Source: Rhizodiscina lignyota (Eukaryota). Taken from it: a stretch of DNA of 64,000 bases. A program made the position numbers and the translations under genes. The notes under the pieces were generated by a model, which saw nothing but the letters and a program-made list of their open reading frames with translations, had not been told where the DNA came from and searched no databases. The stretch lies in the NCBI GenBank assembly GCA_010015805.1, contig ML978121.1, positions 1,612,001 to 1,676,000 on the forward strand, in the 5' to 3' direction. Shown one piece after another: positions 63,346 to 64,000 of this stretch (the stretch's first letter is position 1; the number at the start of each line of letters is the position of its first letter).

Positions 63346-64000
63346 TCACGACATATCAATCACAAGTTTTCCGCCAGCGCCTTTATGGTAGTCTTCCACC
63401 AGTTCATTGAGCTTTGCCAGCGGATAGGTTCTCTTCACAGCTTTGACCTGGTGCTCCGCGGCGAATTTCAGCATTTCTCGCAAAAGCCTGTTGCTTCCAA
63501 CCAAACTGCCTTCAAAAGAGATTTGCCGAAACACGATGTCTCTTGAGGATATGTTGAAACCCTTCTCTGGGAATGAAACAACGATACACTTTCCACGATT
63601 GCGAAGTAGCTTGACAGCGTAGTCGAAAGCTTGCTGACTTTCGGGCAAGATGATGACAGCATCGAGACCCATTTCACTCCTTTCGGTCTTTCCCATTTCA
63701 CGACCAAGCTCTTGCACCACGCTCTCTGGATCTTCAGTTCTGGCGTCTATCAGCTTCGAGCCAGTGTTTAGAGACATTGCCAGTTCGAGTGGCTTGTCAG
63801 CAGCATCGATGCCGAAGACTTTGAGGCCCATCTTCGTCGCAAATTGCAGGCCTAGATGACCCAAACCGCCACCACAGCCCGATATTCCCACACTCTGTCC
63901 TGGCTTGAGGTTACACTTTATTAGTGCCGAATATATTGTGACGCCAGCGCACATAAGCGGAGCGACATCGACACAGTCCAAGCCCTGGGGTATTGGCGCC
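63346..64000 (-). CDS. Zinc-binding alcohol dehydrogenase (MDR family), 5' partial
   Basis: APLMCAGVTIYSAL, GCGGGLGHLGLQFA and GSLVGS. The frame stays open to the window edge. Confidence 0.92.
   Translation of the reverse strand, partial: APIPQGLDCVDVAPLMCAGVTIYSALIKCNLKPGQSVGISGCGGGLGHLGLQFATKMGLKVFGIDAADKPLELAMSLNTGSKLIDARTEDPESVVQELGREMGKTERSEMGLDAVIILPESQQAFDYAVKLLRNRGKCIVVSFPEKGFNISSRDIVFRQISFEGSLVGSNRLLREMLKFAAEHQVKAVKRTYPLAKLNELVEDYHKGAGGKLVIDMS

Overview
Intron-containing DNA from a filamentous ascomycete (GT-AG introns with CTAAC/CTGAC branch sites, a velvet gene, RIP-like decay). The first ~27 kb is mostly conserved-looking genes: a DDRGK1/UFBP1-like protein (5' partial), acyl-CoA thioesterase II, omega-like GST, alpha/beta hydrolase, Gyp2/Mdr1 Rab-GAP, an ABCA transporter, a Hul5-like HECT E3 ligase, a VosA-like velvet factor, and an intronless HypX/HoxX homologue. 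In bacteria HypX makes CO for [NiFe]-hydrogenase, and its catalytic motifs look intact here. From ~29 kb on, the window is accessory and partly decaying. It holds a probable organic-acid/acyl-CoA catabolic cluster: MmgE/PrpD protein, fused LeuCD-type aconitase, ICL/PEP-mutase lyase, AhpD/CMD-like protein, SDR, two AtuA/DUF1446 genes, crotonase, MFS, a MaoC fragment and an ABM protein, with a PPTase gene and others interleaved. The 51-56 kb part is scrambled, with three chimeric junctions. Also present: three copies of a ~232-bp MITE-like element, a RIP-mutated Prp43-like helicase fragment, an intron flanked by a 9-bp direct repeat next to 5- and 7-nt micro-exons, and several pseudogenes. No rRNA, tRNA or CRISPR array was seen. 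All family calls are motif recognition by eye, not database searches, and exon boundaries were inferred manually.
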